A stretch of 61,958 bases of DNA, filler included, from Asterionella formosa (GCA_002256025.1; 21 parts of 21 records of this genome joined end to end with filler, not necessarily neighbours in it), one strand, 5' to 3'; counted from the whole stretch's first letter, positions 11,851 through 24,178 are shown. The notes: generated from the sequence alone by a model not told the origin. Numbers and translations: made by a program.

Positions 11851-12681
11851 ACCTTGTCAGAATTTCAGTTGACAATACTCAAGACAGAAAACGAAATTCT
11901 GAGAAACACAGTCCGTCAATTAGAACTAGAAAATGAACGTCTTCGACATAATTCTCCTACTATTGTGATTGAAACTTTTGAAGGCGAGGGCCAGTTACCA
12001 TCACCATACCTAAGTCATTCCTCGCTTCCGGACTATGGAGTATCTGAAATTGACTATTCCACCCAATGGTGCGACGAACTAAATGGGCAAGGCACGTGTC
12101 CCTTGGAGCCCACTGTTTCCTTTCGAAGTGCCGTCAAAGACCGCGCCCTATGGCTTGTGGGCCTTCTTGCCTTCCAATCCTGTTCAGGATTTATTCTTTC
12201 CCGAAACGAAGCCCTCTTGGAACAGCACCCTACCATTATATACTTTCTTACCATGTTAGTTGGTGCTGGCGGAAATGCCGGTAACCAAGCATCTGTTCGA
12301 GTTATTCGAGGTTTGGCTTTGGGCACACTGAACAACACCACGCAACCACAATTTCTCTTGCGTGAACTGAACATGGCAGGGGCCCTTTGTGTTATTATTT
12401 CTTTTGCTGGCTTTTTCAGAGCTGCAGCGTTTCGGACGCCCCTCCCTGAAACTATCGCCGTAACGAGTGCACTGGCGATGATTGTATTTTCTAGTATTTG
12501 TTTGGGAGCAGTTCTTCCACTTGTTTTGAAGAAATTGGGCGTGGATCCGGCACATTCGTCCACAACCATTCAAGTCATGATGGATATTTTGGGTGTAGTT
12601 TTGACTGTTGTAGTGAGTGGGGCTGTACTGGACAGCGCTATTGGGCAGAGGTTGGTGAGTCGACTGACTGGTGGATTATAG
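11851..12681 (+). CDS. MgtE/SLC41-family divalent cation (Mg2+) transporter, 5'-partial
   Basis: MgtE membrane-domain motifs RALWLVGLL, MLVGAGGNAGNQASVRVIRGLALG and GVDPAHSSTTIQVMMDILG; about five TM helices. Confidence 0.9.
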   Translation, partial: TLSEFQLTILKTENEILRNTVRQLELENERLRHNSPTIVIETFEGEGQLPSPYLSHSSLPDYGVSEIDYSTQWCDELNGQGTCPLEPTVSFRSAVKDRALWLVGLLAFQSCSGFILSRNEALLEQHPTIIYFLTMLVGAGGNAGNQASVRVIRGLALGTLNNTTQPQFLLRELNMAGALCVIISFAGFFRAAAFRTPLPETIAVTSALAMIVFSSICLGAVLPLVLKKLGVDPAHSSTTIQVMMDILGVVLTVVVSGAVLDSAIGQRLVSRLTGGL

Positions 12682-13169
12682 GAAGTACGTTTGCTAATGG
12701 GAAGATATCATGCTGCGAGATGAGATTGGAGGTATCTAAGGTAAAGATGACGGCACAATCAATGGCGGCTACTCCGTATATGCGCTCACATTGTTAGTAA
12801 GCAACCTACCGGTACTAGTTTGCTCGGTTCAGGCTTTGGGATGTACTTGGTACCAGGTACTACAACTTTCGCCTTGGCTGTTAAGATTGCCTTGCTTGTA
12901 GCTTCCGATAGTTCTCGGTCTATTTGTATTCCTGTGATATCGATCCAGGAGCGACGGCGGTCAAATTTTCCCGATGAAAAATCAGCCTTTGCTCGTTCGG
13001 CTCGCGCACACGTGCCTTGACTGGCCACACGCTATTATCGAATTTTCATACATGATCATCTGGTTGTGGACCATCACGGGAATGAACTCCGAAACCACTC
13101 TGAGCACGAGTCAGGGACAAATTCCCAAATTTTGCTTTAAACCATACCACGGCGTAAAGAGAGTCTACC

Positions 13170-13572
13170 TGTTAGATTACTGACAACGTCTATAGATCCA
13201 GTCGACTAGCTGTGTGAACCTTCTCGTCTCTCTAGACTTACGTTACTAGGTAAGTCTAGCTAATCTACCAGTAGAGGCAGTAACTTGCAACTCTATCGGT
13301 AGCTACTACCGTAGTCGACTCTACTAGGCGAGGAGACCAGCAAGTAGAGTTAGCACTACATAGAACCAACGAAACATTGGCTCTCGAGTGTAACTACTAC
13401 TCGAGCCTCCTCGAAAGTAAAAGTAGCCTTGTTAGCTCCCAGCATCTAGCATCTACGTACAGTATGGGGAAGGCCACAAAGCAAAAGTTCCTAAAAGTTT
13501 AGTAGCTCCATGCGCTACTCGACAATAGTGTAGTCTAGCGGGTAGATGCCAGGAGTAGATACTATATTTTCA
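13170..13572 (-). repeat. Possible solo LTR
   Basis: TG...CA bounded, CTAG/TAG-rich 400-bp block. Its minus-strand start (TGAAAATATAGTATC) resembles the LTR start at 14989 (TGTCAAGAATATAGCATC). Flanks CTACC/AAACC match only 3 of 5. Confidence 0.4.
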
Positions 13573-13728
13573 AAACCGATATTAAAGTTATAAGTAGGTC
13601 AGTTCAAGTTAAAACTTCCAAGCCTATTGTGATATGCAATGCCATGGAAAGAATATATGTATACACACCAATCCACCTGTACAAGAAACGATCGATCGTG
13701 CCATTTTTAACAGACTTTAGTAGCGAGG

Positions 13729-14448
13729 TCAATATAGTTCAAGACTCATACTCACAGTAGTTGGAATGCTACTCGACATGCTCACTACATCATTGTCCTC
13801 ATAATTTCCCGTTTGTTGAGCCACGATCTGGACATGATCCAACAATGAATTGCCCCGAAGCACTGCATACTCCTCCCGAATGGACGTTGTGTGCGATGTG
13901 TCATTTGAAGAGCGAAAAGTCCTTCTATGCACCACTTGAATAGTCGTTGGAATGGGAACTGGGAACTGTTCCTCTTCGGGAGATTGATGCTCATCTTGCG
14001 CCGCCGTGTCCACCAATGTTTCAGCGCAAATGCCATCCATGCCGTCTGTGCAAGCGGAAACAATAGTGAAAAAGGATTGCAGTTCATGCACCAGTGCGAC
14101 TGGAGTTTGCAAAATCACATTCGTTTCCAGCGGCACGGTCGCCAGTGGTTGCTCGGCCATGATTCCCTCTGAGGGAAACGTGAACGACTCGTTTCTACTG
14201 TGGAGCAAGAGTTGTTCTGGATCAATGTCATTCACATGATTTCGACTGAGCTTCTTGAGACGAGCTACAAACAGATGCTGCATTTCTCTTGAGTTCAAGC
14301 CACTTTCCATGGAGTCTTTGCTTGAAGTGCCAGATGACACGAGGGAAGATGTTAAGGCCGGAGATTCGTGCATATCGACGGTCCGGTGTGGTTGCTTCGG
14401 CATCGTCTCTCGTCGAGACGACCGACGCCGTGGCCATCGGAGCTTCAT
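13729..14448 (-). CDS. Hypothetical low-complexity protein (about 239 aa)
   Basis: Long ORF from ATG 14448 with Ser/Thr/Glu-rich, disordered-type composition; no recognisable domain. Confidence 0.55.
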   Translation of the reverse strand: MKLRWPRRRSSRRETMPKQPHRTVDMHESPALTSSLVSSGTSSKDSMESGLNSREMQHLFVARLKKLSRNHVNDIDPEQLLLHSRNESFTFPSEGIMAEQPLATVPLETNVILQTPVALVHELQSFFTIVSACTDGMDGICAETLVDTAAQDEHQSPEEEQFPVPIPTTIQVVHRRTFRSSNDTSHTTSIREEYAVLRGNSLLDHVQIVAQQTGNYEDNDVVSMSSSIPTTVSMSLELY

Positions 14449-14810
14449 TGTTTGGTTTTTCTGAATTGTAAGAATAAGCAAGCGAATGAAAAAGTCGAAC
14501 CATCAATTATGTGAATGTACATATCATCAGATGTATAATAACCGGGCCGATGCTTTCAGATTATTAAGGTTCGGACCTTTCGTTAGTATCAGTGTATAAT
14601 TGTACACGACGTATAATTGTACACGGAAGGTTTTGAGTTGTGTGAAAAATTGTGAAAAAAGTCGACACTGCTGCACGCGGAAGGTCGCGTGGTAAAACTG
14701 TGCAGTTCGANNNNNNNNNNNNNNNNNNNNNNNNNNNNNNNNNNNNNNNNNNNNTTAATTAATTAANNNNNNNNNNNNNNNNNNNNNNNNNNNNNNNNNN
14801 NNNNNNNNNN

Positions 14811-15367
14811 TTCATCATGTCAAGAACATGATAGATGAGGGTGAGTTGCATATTGTTTTTCTAAGATCAGAAAACAATCCAGCAGACATTTTGACGAAGA
14901 ATGTCAAAGAGCAGATTTTTACAAGGTTATCTGGACCCGTGCTGAGTGGTACAATTTTAGAACTTCTTGAACATGGTAACGAGGAGGATGTCAAGAATAT
15001 AGCATCAATGGCTATAATGAGTCACAAGGACTGTGGACTCGACTATAGTCCAATGAGTCAAATGGTGCGTTCCCATGTCAAGAAGCTTGCTAACGAGATT
15101 GATGTCTTAGATCAATCAGAAGAAGGTTTACATCAACGAAAAGGGAACACGAAGAACAGGTTCTCGAAGTGTGATGAATGGGATTGAAACTTAGTTTTAG
15201 TTTAATCTTATAATTAAGAAACAGTGAGAATTGACAGAGTAAGGTCAATAGCGAAAACTAGCACGAAGGCTAGCAGCAGAAAGAAGATAACAATACTAGT
15301 GGTATAGCAGGTAAGTTCTACGTAAGAGGAACCCGTCAGACGGGAAGGAGTACGAGACCTTTCAACA
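14811..15367 (+). mobile_element. Ty1/copia RNase H C-terminus, PPT and 3' LTR (14989-15367)
   Basis: Motif IVFLRSENNPADILTKN; purine tract GAGGAGGA followed by TGTCAAG...TTCAACA. Confidence 0.85.
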
Positions 15368-16925
15368 CCATGTATCATAGTTGTGAAGATACACTCCTAT
15401 ATACCAATACCTGATACCAGGTAGCCCACATACAGCATACACACGCACATGGCAAGTTGCGATTAGTCTACCAGGTGCCAGACCTTCATTGGTATGTAGG
15501 AGTACCTGGTCCCAGGTACCAGGGTACCCTGGTACCAGGTACGACCTGCAAGTTGCAGTCATTTTGCTTAACCAGGGTAACAGGTGCCCGGTCCCCTACC
15601 GTATATAATGTCAATATCGCAGGCCGGACAAAAAATAATACTGGTACCGGTTGACTTGTTCAAAGCAAGAAACAAAAACAATAAACTCCCCCCATACCGG
15701 TACCAGGTACCTGGTAGTATATGTACCGGTATACCGTTCCGCTAATGCTACCTGGTACCGGTACCTGGTACACATGGAACAAGCAAGATGCAGATATGTG
15801 AAACTCCCCGCCAACAGTTGCAATCATTGATGTCGACGTCGCGGATTCCTGAAGACGGAAATCGCTCAATCAAGAAACCGTCGACCATGGCCACATCCTT
15901 AGACTGCTATTTATAGCTTGCTTGCCTTTCTACTCCGACTTCACTTTGAGCGGCGTACTGACCTCTCCAAGGACAAGCCAATTGTCGTCGCTACTGCTCC
16001 ACATCAGACCGTTGCATGTTTGCACTCCGCAAATCTTCACCTAAAGAGACTTGCTAGACTAGACTACACTGTCACGACGGTGATCTGCCGCATACAGATG
16101 CCTTGACACCAGCGAGGATTGCCCATGCCAATCATTGGCTAGACTAATGAACACGCTGCATCCGCAAGAAGTAGCATTTGGAATGGTAAGCGTAGCCATT
16201 GCACCTGTGGCAACGAATTGTGTTCATGTGTGTTTATGTTTCACTGCGATTGTTATTGTTTCGGCTGTGCTTTGTGATAACTAAATAGCATGAAAGAGTG
16301 TCCAGGTAATTCATTCCATTTATTTCTTCTCATTCACTTTATCATTATCGTTGTGCTTGAGCCTTTATGCTTGCCTTGCTGTGTATGTCAGCAAACGAAA
16401 TCGTCATCGTCGCCATGGCCATGGCCATCGCAATTGAAGAGTGTGTCCATTGTTGTTGAACGATCATAATTCCATGGAAGCAATAAAAAACAGTGTAAAA
16501 AAGTAGAATGATAAAAAGAAGAACTACAATAGTAAATACAGTGCCAGTACCACGTAACAAAAGAAATTTGAAGATGAGCAATCCTAAGTAGGGGGGCAAG
16601 TTTTGCACGCTTCCCGTATCTTCTCTTGCTAGCAGAAGCTTTTGCTTCTTGTACCGCTCAAAGGAGTACACCGTTTCTACTGACGGTCCCTATTCTACCT
16701 GGTTGTCATCATGCCGGATTATCATTAGGTGGTGGGGGACATTGTATGTCCCTATCTCCCGTGCTTGGTGCAGAGAAGGAAATCGTGCCTTTGCAGCCCT
16801 AATCCCTACCTATGAGTCCGTGATACAGTTCGGGGCATTCGACAGTATCGAACCCCCGACCTCACCCCTACTGGGTGGGCCTGCCAATATTAGAAGGATC
16901 ATTCAATTCATATAAACCCTGGAAA

Positions 16926-16979
16926 GTTTCAGTTTCCGTTTCCGTTTCATTTTCATTTTCATTTTCAGTTTCAGTTTCA
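16926..16979. repeat. Degenerate hexanucleotide microsatellite (GTTTCA/GTTTCC/TTTTCA)
   Basis: Read directly from the sequence. Confidence 0.85.
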
Positions 16980-17205
16980 CTTTGCTTCAGTATGAAATTG
17001 TGAGCACTTAGTGCCGTGGCGGTATTTTCTACTGGAAGTTCCGATACCAAGTACCACTAATCGAGATATTTAGCTTGATCTTGCTTTTCCTATGTAAGGA
17101 AAAGCCTGCTGCTTCTTTTACCGGCGGACCATCTTTGGCTAATCGACAGTTATTCGTAGTACGGGTAGACGTCAACCAGTGACTAACGGTATCGGATATA
17201 CATAT

Positions 17206-17250
17206 GTACTGTACTGTACTGTACTGTACTGTACTGTACTGTACTGTACT
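17206..17250. repeat. (GTACT)9 microsatellite
   Basis: Nine perfect pentamer copies. Confidence 0.97.
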
Positions 17251-19116
17251 GTGCCTGTTGGAGTTCCAATGAGTGAGTACCTGGTACCAGGGTACCAGGT
17301 ACAGGAATACAGGATGCGTAGGCAAAACCGTCCTTCCCCAGTCAGCCAACCCAGGAGCAGCAGCTGCAGCAGGATCAGTAGACAATGATGTACTCGGAGT
17401 AAGTTGTTGGTCGTCATGGGACGAATTCCCCTGAATTCGCTCTTACGCACCTCTTTTTTGCACAACATTCGCACTTGAAATTGCGCATAAAATCCACAGG
17501 GCGCTTTTCATGGCGGCGGGGTGTGACAAATTGAACCAGCAAAAGATGCTCGATGTACGATGCACGATGCACGATACAAGGACAAGTCTGAATTTCTCGT
17601 TTGAATCCTTCCATGAATTCAAATTCTTCCATTCACTCAAATTGCTGCGCTAACTCCTCCTCCTCCTCCTNNNNNNNNNNNNNNNNNNNNNNNNNNNNNN
17701 NNNNNNNNNNNNNNTTAATTAATTAANNNNNNNNNNNNNNNNNNNNNNNNNNNNNNNNNNNNNNNNNNNNCAGGATGATGACCATCAACGGAAGATTTGG
17801 ATTTCAGTTGCATTCGTTGTTGGGACATGACTTGGATTGGATTGAGTATCGCAGTCAATTGAAGAGGAACGACAAGCATTCAAAAGAGGAAAATGTGTGT
17901 AATTTTTTTTGTGAACTACCGGTAGTACTCCTGGATTACCTACCCCCACTGCAGTATAAAGTCTAGATGGTGATGTCTGCATCACTCTTTCCGAATCCTC
18001 TTTACGATCACTTCATGATGCAAACAGCCCCCGAGTCAGTAAATATGTATACATGGCTAAATATAAATCAATATTTTGACCAAGACAAGCAGATACCGTA
18101 TCATTGCTCAGAGTTGTGGCTACACGTTCATAGTTCGTACTGGTATCCTATTGACATTTAATTACGGTATTTCTCAATGTTGTTGGAAATTCCGGGACTA
18201 GCACACACAGAGACGAAAATGCCCTCAATCCCTGTCTGCAATGACCCCCTATGAAGGGTCGTGAACTAGCTACTACTGGTAGGCGAATCAAGACTGCACA
18301 GGCCTGTATTGCAGCTGTTCCTGGAACCGATTGGTCATGATGACAGCAGGGACTAACAAAAGTCCAAGGGTACTTACTGTGTGCATGTGTGTGAAGACGA
18401 CCATTGTGATCACATTACCAGTTCCATGTACCAGGCACCAGTAGGCCGTCAAACACACTTGACCGGCCTATGTACACATGCACCGCCCATCAACAGGCAC
18501 GCACCCCCACCAATGCTTAACGATCAGAATCATCATACCATCATTGACTGACCGCGTACTTACGTACATCTTCCAGTAGAACCTACATACCGGTGCTGCT
18601 CCCGTTGGTCCAGTAACATCAGAGGCACTGACAATTAAAATTTTTCCGGAAACATTTTGACTGCTAGTGCGTACGATTTTCTCCGGTTTATTTGTCCTTT
18701 GCACCGGTTTTGTTGTGCGCCGTGCTCTAAGCTACAGATCCTTGGAAAGTTCAACAGGAACGTACTATGAAATTTACTTAAAAATTTTATATTGATACAC
18801 ATATATAGAAACATATAAAACTTGGTTTTGTGCTTTGTTTTCGATTAGTTTACTTCTTTTGGCCATCTCAAGCGAAATGGAGATGCATGAGGACCCTTCT
18901 CTCTCGCCAACACCTCTTCTCAACAAGCATGTTAGGAAGTATATAACAGTAGAACAATGGCAACTTGCCATTAATTATGGATTGTGCAACCATGAAAGTG
19001 GAGATGATGTGGGAAGAAAACAAGAATGGTGTGCTTATTTTGATGGTTCATTTAATTGTAACCACTAAAGACAGTAAATGGATAGACTGAGATTCTATCA
19101 TGTTATAATTATGATA

Positions 19117-19176
19117 GGGGAATGGCTTAGTAGTTAGCTCACCTCATGAGGTGGCGGGTTCGATTCCTGCATTCTA
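19117..19176 (+). ncRNA. Compact tRNA-like sequence (tRNA pseudogene or SINE head)
   Basis: A-box-like TGGCTTAGTAG and B-box GGTTCGATTCC within T-arm GCGGG-TTCGATT-CCTGC. Central CACC-TCATGA-GGTG arm and GGAAT/ATTCT acceptor-like pairing. Too short for a canonical tRNA. Confidence 0.45.
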
Positions 19177-20286
19177 TACCTTTGTCCTTTTATGTACTAG
19201 CTAGTCCATGGGGTTCTGGGTGTGTGGCTGACAAGGAAACAGGTCCTATTGTACCATACAGCCAGACAAATAATGATAAACCAGTATAATCATTGTGTCC
19301 ATTTATTTGGGCATGAGTGCAACTATTGGATAGCTTTGACATACTGCAAGATTTAATTGACAATTGATCATGTTACAATTATGATAGTTACATGGTTTAT
19401 TCTGTTTCCTGCAAATATTTAAGTGGCCGGCCAATTGTTGATTCTACCGTAGGATTTGCGCAACAGGAGTATCTGCTGTACACCCCCCACTCCCCTTCGT
19501 CCTCCGTGACGGCCGTTAACACATGTGTGTACGGCATCTGATGGATATTGTGGTTATATTTTGTCTACCGCGTTGTATGCTATGCATATGGTGACCAGTA
19601 TGGTGTCTCAACCGATAAGTAGCCACATGTTTGAGGCATTTGTGTGCATTGGTGATAGATGCTGGTACCTGGTACCAGTACCAAGTAGTATATAAAATAT
19701 TCTATACATAGACAGGCCTTTGTCGGAATCGGTTTACCGGTACCAGGTAATCTGTGTACCAGGTACCGGGTACTGTATTATGTATAATATATGTAATAGA
19801 CACGCCACCCGTGATGTGCGTCTGGGAGATTGAGTGGTATGCCTATACTACACTAAACTGGTTGTTTGTAGGCTGCAGCGCCGGAATATTTGTCGGGTCG
19901 GTGATGCAATGGTTTTATGAGTTCATATGTTAGCCCTAGCTTGCGTCGGTTCTTAGTACAAAGTATACGAGAAGCAATGTAGAAAAAGACGCACTTGAGT
20001 TAGAACATAGGAGGTGTGCAAATGCATATATGTGACCGGTATGCATAAAAAATCACCGATACCTGGTATCAGCAGAACAAATGTATCGTAGAAATACATA
20101 CCTTGAGCTCCTTCCCAGGACCTTTCGCCGAAAGAACTGTTGATTGCTAGTTACCATCTCGGGCGAACAGAGGTTATCCCGGTAGTGATGTACCTGTATG
20201 TGCTTCACTATGCATGTAGGGTTGCCAGTATCCTCGATCATGGTACATTCCTGTAGACCTTGGTACTTCCGCTCAGTATGTTGCTA

Positions 20287-20363
20287 CCGTAAAACCTGGT
20301 GTCTCGTACCCCTCAATGTACACAGCCACGACTGATTTTACTTAGAGGGGAGTACAAGACATC
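20287..20363 (+). mobile_element. Probable Tc1/mariner-pogo-type transposon terminus with internal hairpin
   Basis: TA|CCGTAAAACC terminus; GGTGTCTCGTACCCCTC pairs imperfectly with GAGGGGAGTACAAGACATC. Loop is shared with 52995-53084. Confidence 0.55.
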
Positions 20364-20728
20364 GGACCTTTTTTGATAATCCAACACTGCGAGCAAACCA
20401 ACTTCACCACCGTTTTCTCCGTAGTCTAAAACGTAAATAGCAATATTAAAAGATATTTAGTTGTAGGTTCAAACAGTTTCTATGATCGATACAATTTCTG
20501 TTTTTGGTGCACCGGTGCGCCCGAGTTTTGTGATGGCATCAATAGTAATTCCAAGTGTGTGTACCCATTTGTACCTAAGCCTACAACAGTATTAACTTGT
20601 GTAGACTCTACGACTTGGATCGTGATGGNNNNNNNNNNNNNNNNNNNNNNNNNNNNNNNNNNNNNNNNNNNNTTAATTAATTAANNNNNNNNNNNNNNNN
20701 NNNNNNNNNNNNNNNNNNNNNNNNNNNN

Positions 20729-21237
20729 CAGTTCCGCTGCGTTCTCGCCTGCAGCTTGACAAGCGCGCGAGTCACATTTAACGAATGGAACTTGCCAATT
20801 GTATCCTTGGTTTTCCAATCCCGTGATAGCCCATGGGTTAGAATTATATGGGTTTATCTGGGCGAAGCATTGACGTTTAGCTTGAATGGCAGTCACGTAA
20901 TCGTTGAAACTGTATGTGATGATGGCGTCTTCATTTGGAGGGAAGCTTGGAGGAACGACTTCAGGGGAAAAACTTGGATTGTCTTGCAAGCTGACCTTGA
21001 CAGCGACCATAACAAGAATAAAGAGAATAGGGGAGATAATCTCAGCAATCTTAAGTACGTTGATAGAAAATTGAACATGTGAGATGAGAGTGTGAGTGAA
21101 CGGTCAGGCAAATGCGGGGATTTGTTGAATGCCGAGCGGTGGAACTTGCAACGTAGACTTACTGAGCCGATGATGTTCCGCTTCCTATAGATGAAGTTGC
21201 GCCTCAAGAGGGCACCAAAGGATCTGGCTCTAATCAT
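20729..21237 (-). CDS. ABC transporter subfamily A, N-terminal part (exon 1 21237-21163, intron 21162-21050, exon 2 21049 to contig edge)
   Basis: Spliced product MIRARSFGALLRRNFIYRKRNIIGS/IAEIISPILFILVMVAVK fits the ABCA N-terminal LLxKN...RxR...E...P signature. Phase-0 GTAAGT...TAAG intron. Confidence 0.82.
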
Positions 21238-21849
21238 AGAATGAGAAATTCAGGTGATGAAGCTGATAGAAAGAGGAGAATGTTTTATGTTTTGTTGATT
21301 TATATGTACTGTTGTTTGTGTTTTGTGTTCTCAAGATATCCTCAGCATTTTGTACGCTGTGCAGGACGGGAATCAAAATGCAATGATTTTTACCGGTATA
21401 TATGTACGATATATGTATTTCCTTTTACTGGCCTCTATATTACTACATACAGTTGTGCATGGTTTGCTTGTTGTAGGGATAAACTCTCCATGTAAATGTG
21501 CATGCACTATTTACAAATGTTCGTGCTTAGTTCAGCTACCGGTATTATTGTTTTATGTGCTTCTAGGAGTAAATCGTACAGAAATTTTGGAACGATGATG
21601 AACACTTTTTTAAATGGATAGATAGGAACAGTGACGAACACAATAAAATACATACGTCATTCATCGGCAGCTCTAAATGATATCGGGACGCAGTACGTAT
21701 CATATGTATGTCACAATCAACAGGCCAACGCGAAGGCAGACGAGCGAGGATACAAGAAGATTCAGCCAAACGTTGATGGTAAAGCTGATGGTAAATAAGA
21801 AAATATTGAAAATAAATATCGGGTGACAGGTACCACTGTATTGTGCACT

Positions 21850-21896
21850 GGCAATTCCCGCTCCAGATATATCGTCTTGCCATTCGGATACTTTTA
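21850..21896 (+). mobile_element. Terminal inverted repeat of element family A, interrupted by a Harbinger insertion
   Basis: GCAATTCCCGCTCCAGATATATCGTCTTGCCATTCGGATAC matches the reverse complement of 55325-55363. Confidence 0.75.
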
Positions 21897-22192
21897 GGGC
21901 CGTTCTTATCATTTTTTTTCGTGGATCACGGAATTTGAATTTTTTTGAAAATGTATCAGCAACGGTAACTCGATTTGAACTGAATTTCATTCATTTCAAA
22001 AGTGTCACTGTATCACTAATTTGTGATCACATTGTATCATGGAGTAACATGGATCTTCAACGGCAACTGGCTGGCAAAGATCATGTGTATATCCCTCCAG
22101 AATATAATGATGGTCTTGATATCAAGCAACAACATAAAATATAATTACCGGTAAACTAAATATTATATTAAAAACACACCATTGCATGAATC

Positions 22193-22855
22193 ATGCCGTC
22201 GCCATTTGATTTACTTGATGATAATGATGATGACAGTAGTGATCTTGATTTCTTCTTCCTCTGTCATTTAGCCAAGGAAGCACCAGAGGAAAAAGAACAC
22301 TCATCCAAACGACAAAGGCGACGCTGTAAACGGCAGTTTCAGTCATCTGAACGACGACGACCACGAAAGAATCTCCTGGCAATCACATGTCAAGAAACTC
22401 AATCACGAGATTGCTTTCGAGAAGACATACAGAATGTCACACAGAGCATTCAAAAAACTCACCTCCATGCTGGAAATTCAGATTGCAGGGAATTATTCCA
22501 AATGTGGCACTTCTGAGCCCATAATTCCCGAGATTGTGGTAGCCATTGGTTTGCGATGGCTGGCTGGTGGCAGTTACATCGACATTCGTCATGCCTACGG
22601 TTGTAGCATTGCTTCACTTTATCGATGTCGTGATTTGTTCATTGATGCTGTACTAAACTGTGGAGAACTCGAAATTGTTTTTCCAAAAGAAAAAGAAGAA
22701 TTTATCAAATTGGCTTCCAGCTTTGAATGCAAAAGCTCAGAGGGCATGATGAGAGGATGTGTTGGTGCTATTGACGGCTTCCTAGCCACCATCAACCGCC
22801 CGACTATAGTTGAAAGTGGCAACAACCCTGGTTCATTTTTTTCCGGTCACTACAT
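22193..22855 (+). pseudogene. Harbinger transposase pseudogene
   Basis: Relative to the 25539 copy it has a 20-nt deletion near 22360 (frameshift) and is truncated after FFSGHY. Confidence 0.9.
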
Positions 22856-23585
22856 ATATATATCTTTGGGTAACAACTGTCTATTCCCATTTGTTCCCAA
22901 TAAGGATCTTGTGAAAATGCAAGATTATTGCTGTCATCATCTTCATCATCAAGGAATGTAGTTATGAGTCTATCGAAAATGTATTTGTGCCTGAATTTCC
23001 TTACATCCAGTTCAGCCATAGTTGGAGGCTGACCAAGCATCAACACATCACTTCTGTGTTGCTCACACATGTACACATTGATGACACGAAAATATGTGTT
23101 AGCACATGTAACACTACTTGGAGGAGTTGATTTTGCTACTCTAGCCTTTTTCTTTTTTGTTGCCTTCTTTGCAACAGGAGGAGGAAGAGGCAATGACTTG
23201 TCATTGTCATCACTGCTATTTTGCAAATTAAGAACATAGTCAGGGTCTTTGTCTGCTTCATCTGGCTTCCCTTTCTGTGAACAATCAGAGTCCATATCAA
23301 CATTGCCACAACTCTTTTCTTCATCTTCAATAATAGATTCATCATTGTTCCTGTTGTTGTTGTGGATGCCAATCACTTCATTATAAGTGATCATAGGAGT
23401 GGGGGGGTATAGTTGACCAACCAGCCAGGCTCTTTTCAGTAAACGGACAATTAAGGAAATAGTGGAGTCCTTCTTGCCATTCCTGTACCCTGACACTTTA
23501 AATCTCACGCAAATTTTTCGAAGTACCTTGACAGATATATGTTTTATGTCGATTCCTTTTATATGAATCAATCCCAGCCCACTTT
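22856..23585 (-). pseudogene. Putative Harbinger accessory (DNA-binding) ORF, convergent with the transposase and 3'-truncated
   Basis: Long minus-strand ORF with a SAP/HTH-like start (VKVLRKICVRFKVSGYRNGKK), a basic patch (KKATKKKKAR) and YFRVINV. It is fused to the transposase at a TATATA junction. PIF/Harbinger elements typically carry a second ORF. Confidence 0.6.
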
Positions 23586-23685
23586 NNNNNNNNNNNNNNN
23601 NNNNNNNNNNNNNNNNNNNNNNNNNNNNNTTAATTAATTAANNNNNNNNNNNNNNNNNNNNNNNNNNNNNNNNNNNNNNNNNNNN

Positions 23686-24178
23686 GTCCCGGTCACCGGT
23701 CACCGTTGCTCCTACCTCCCAAAAGCCAATAATTGCCTCACAGCCAACAACAACGGGGCCATCGTCAATGCCCTCGGTGATGCCTGTACCAGGGAGTTCA
23801 CCATCGCCGTCAGCGGTAGTAACGAAGTCACCCTCGGCGGTGTTTAAGGGGAATGTTGATTTTAATTACTTCACCAATACTCCAACTCACCCTTTTGTCG
23901 TCGACATTACTGATTTCGACTTCACCAGCAGACCATCGCAGCCTCCAATTGATTTTCCCAGCAAAAGCCCATCGGTGACCACGACGGGTGCTCCAGTAGT
24001 CGATTCCCCCACCAACAATCCGATGATCACAGCGATACCCACGATTTCCTTTTCACCAAGCATGATACCAACAGAATCACCAACCCTAGCATTTCGGGAT
24101 CCCATCTCCTCAAGTACACGGACTAGAATCATCGTTTGCTTCGTGACAGCAATCGGGATTGGATGGTGGATTTTGTAA
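23686..24178 (+). CDS. Pro/Ser/Thr-rich cell-surface protein, C-terminal part with terminal hydrophobic anchor
   Basis: Repeated PT/PS/SPT motifs and a hydrophobic end IIVCFVTAIGIGWWIL; 5'-partial at the contig edge. Confidence 0.65.

Larger units (their letters stand above)
21897..23585 (+). mobile_element. PIF/Harbinger transposon, internally deleted copy
   Basis: TTA|GGGCCGTTC terminus; near-identical to the copy starting at 25245 up to about 22855. Confidence 0.88.

Noticed and set aside
12054..12573. Antisense ORFs over the MgtE, acyltransferase, coiled-coil and HU genes
   Set aside because: Shadow ORFs of real coding sequences with no motifs of their own.
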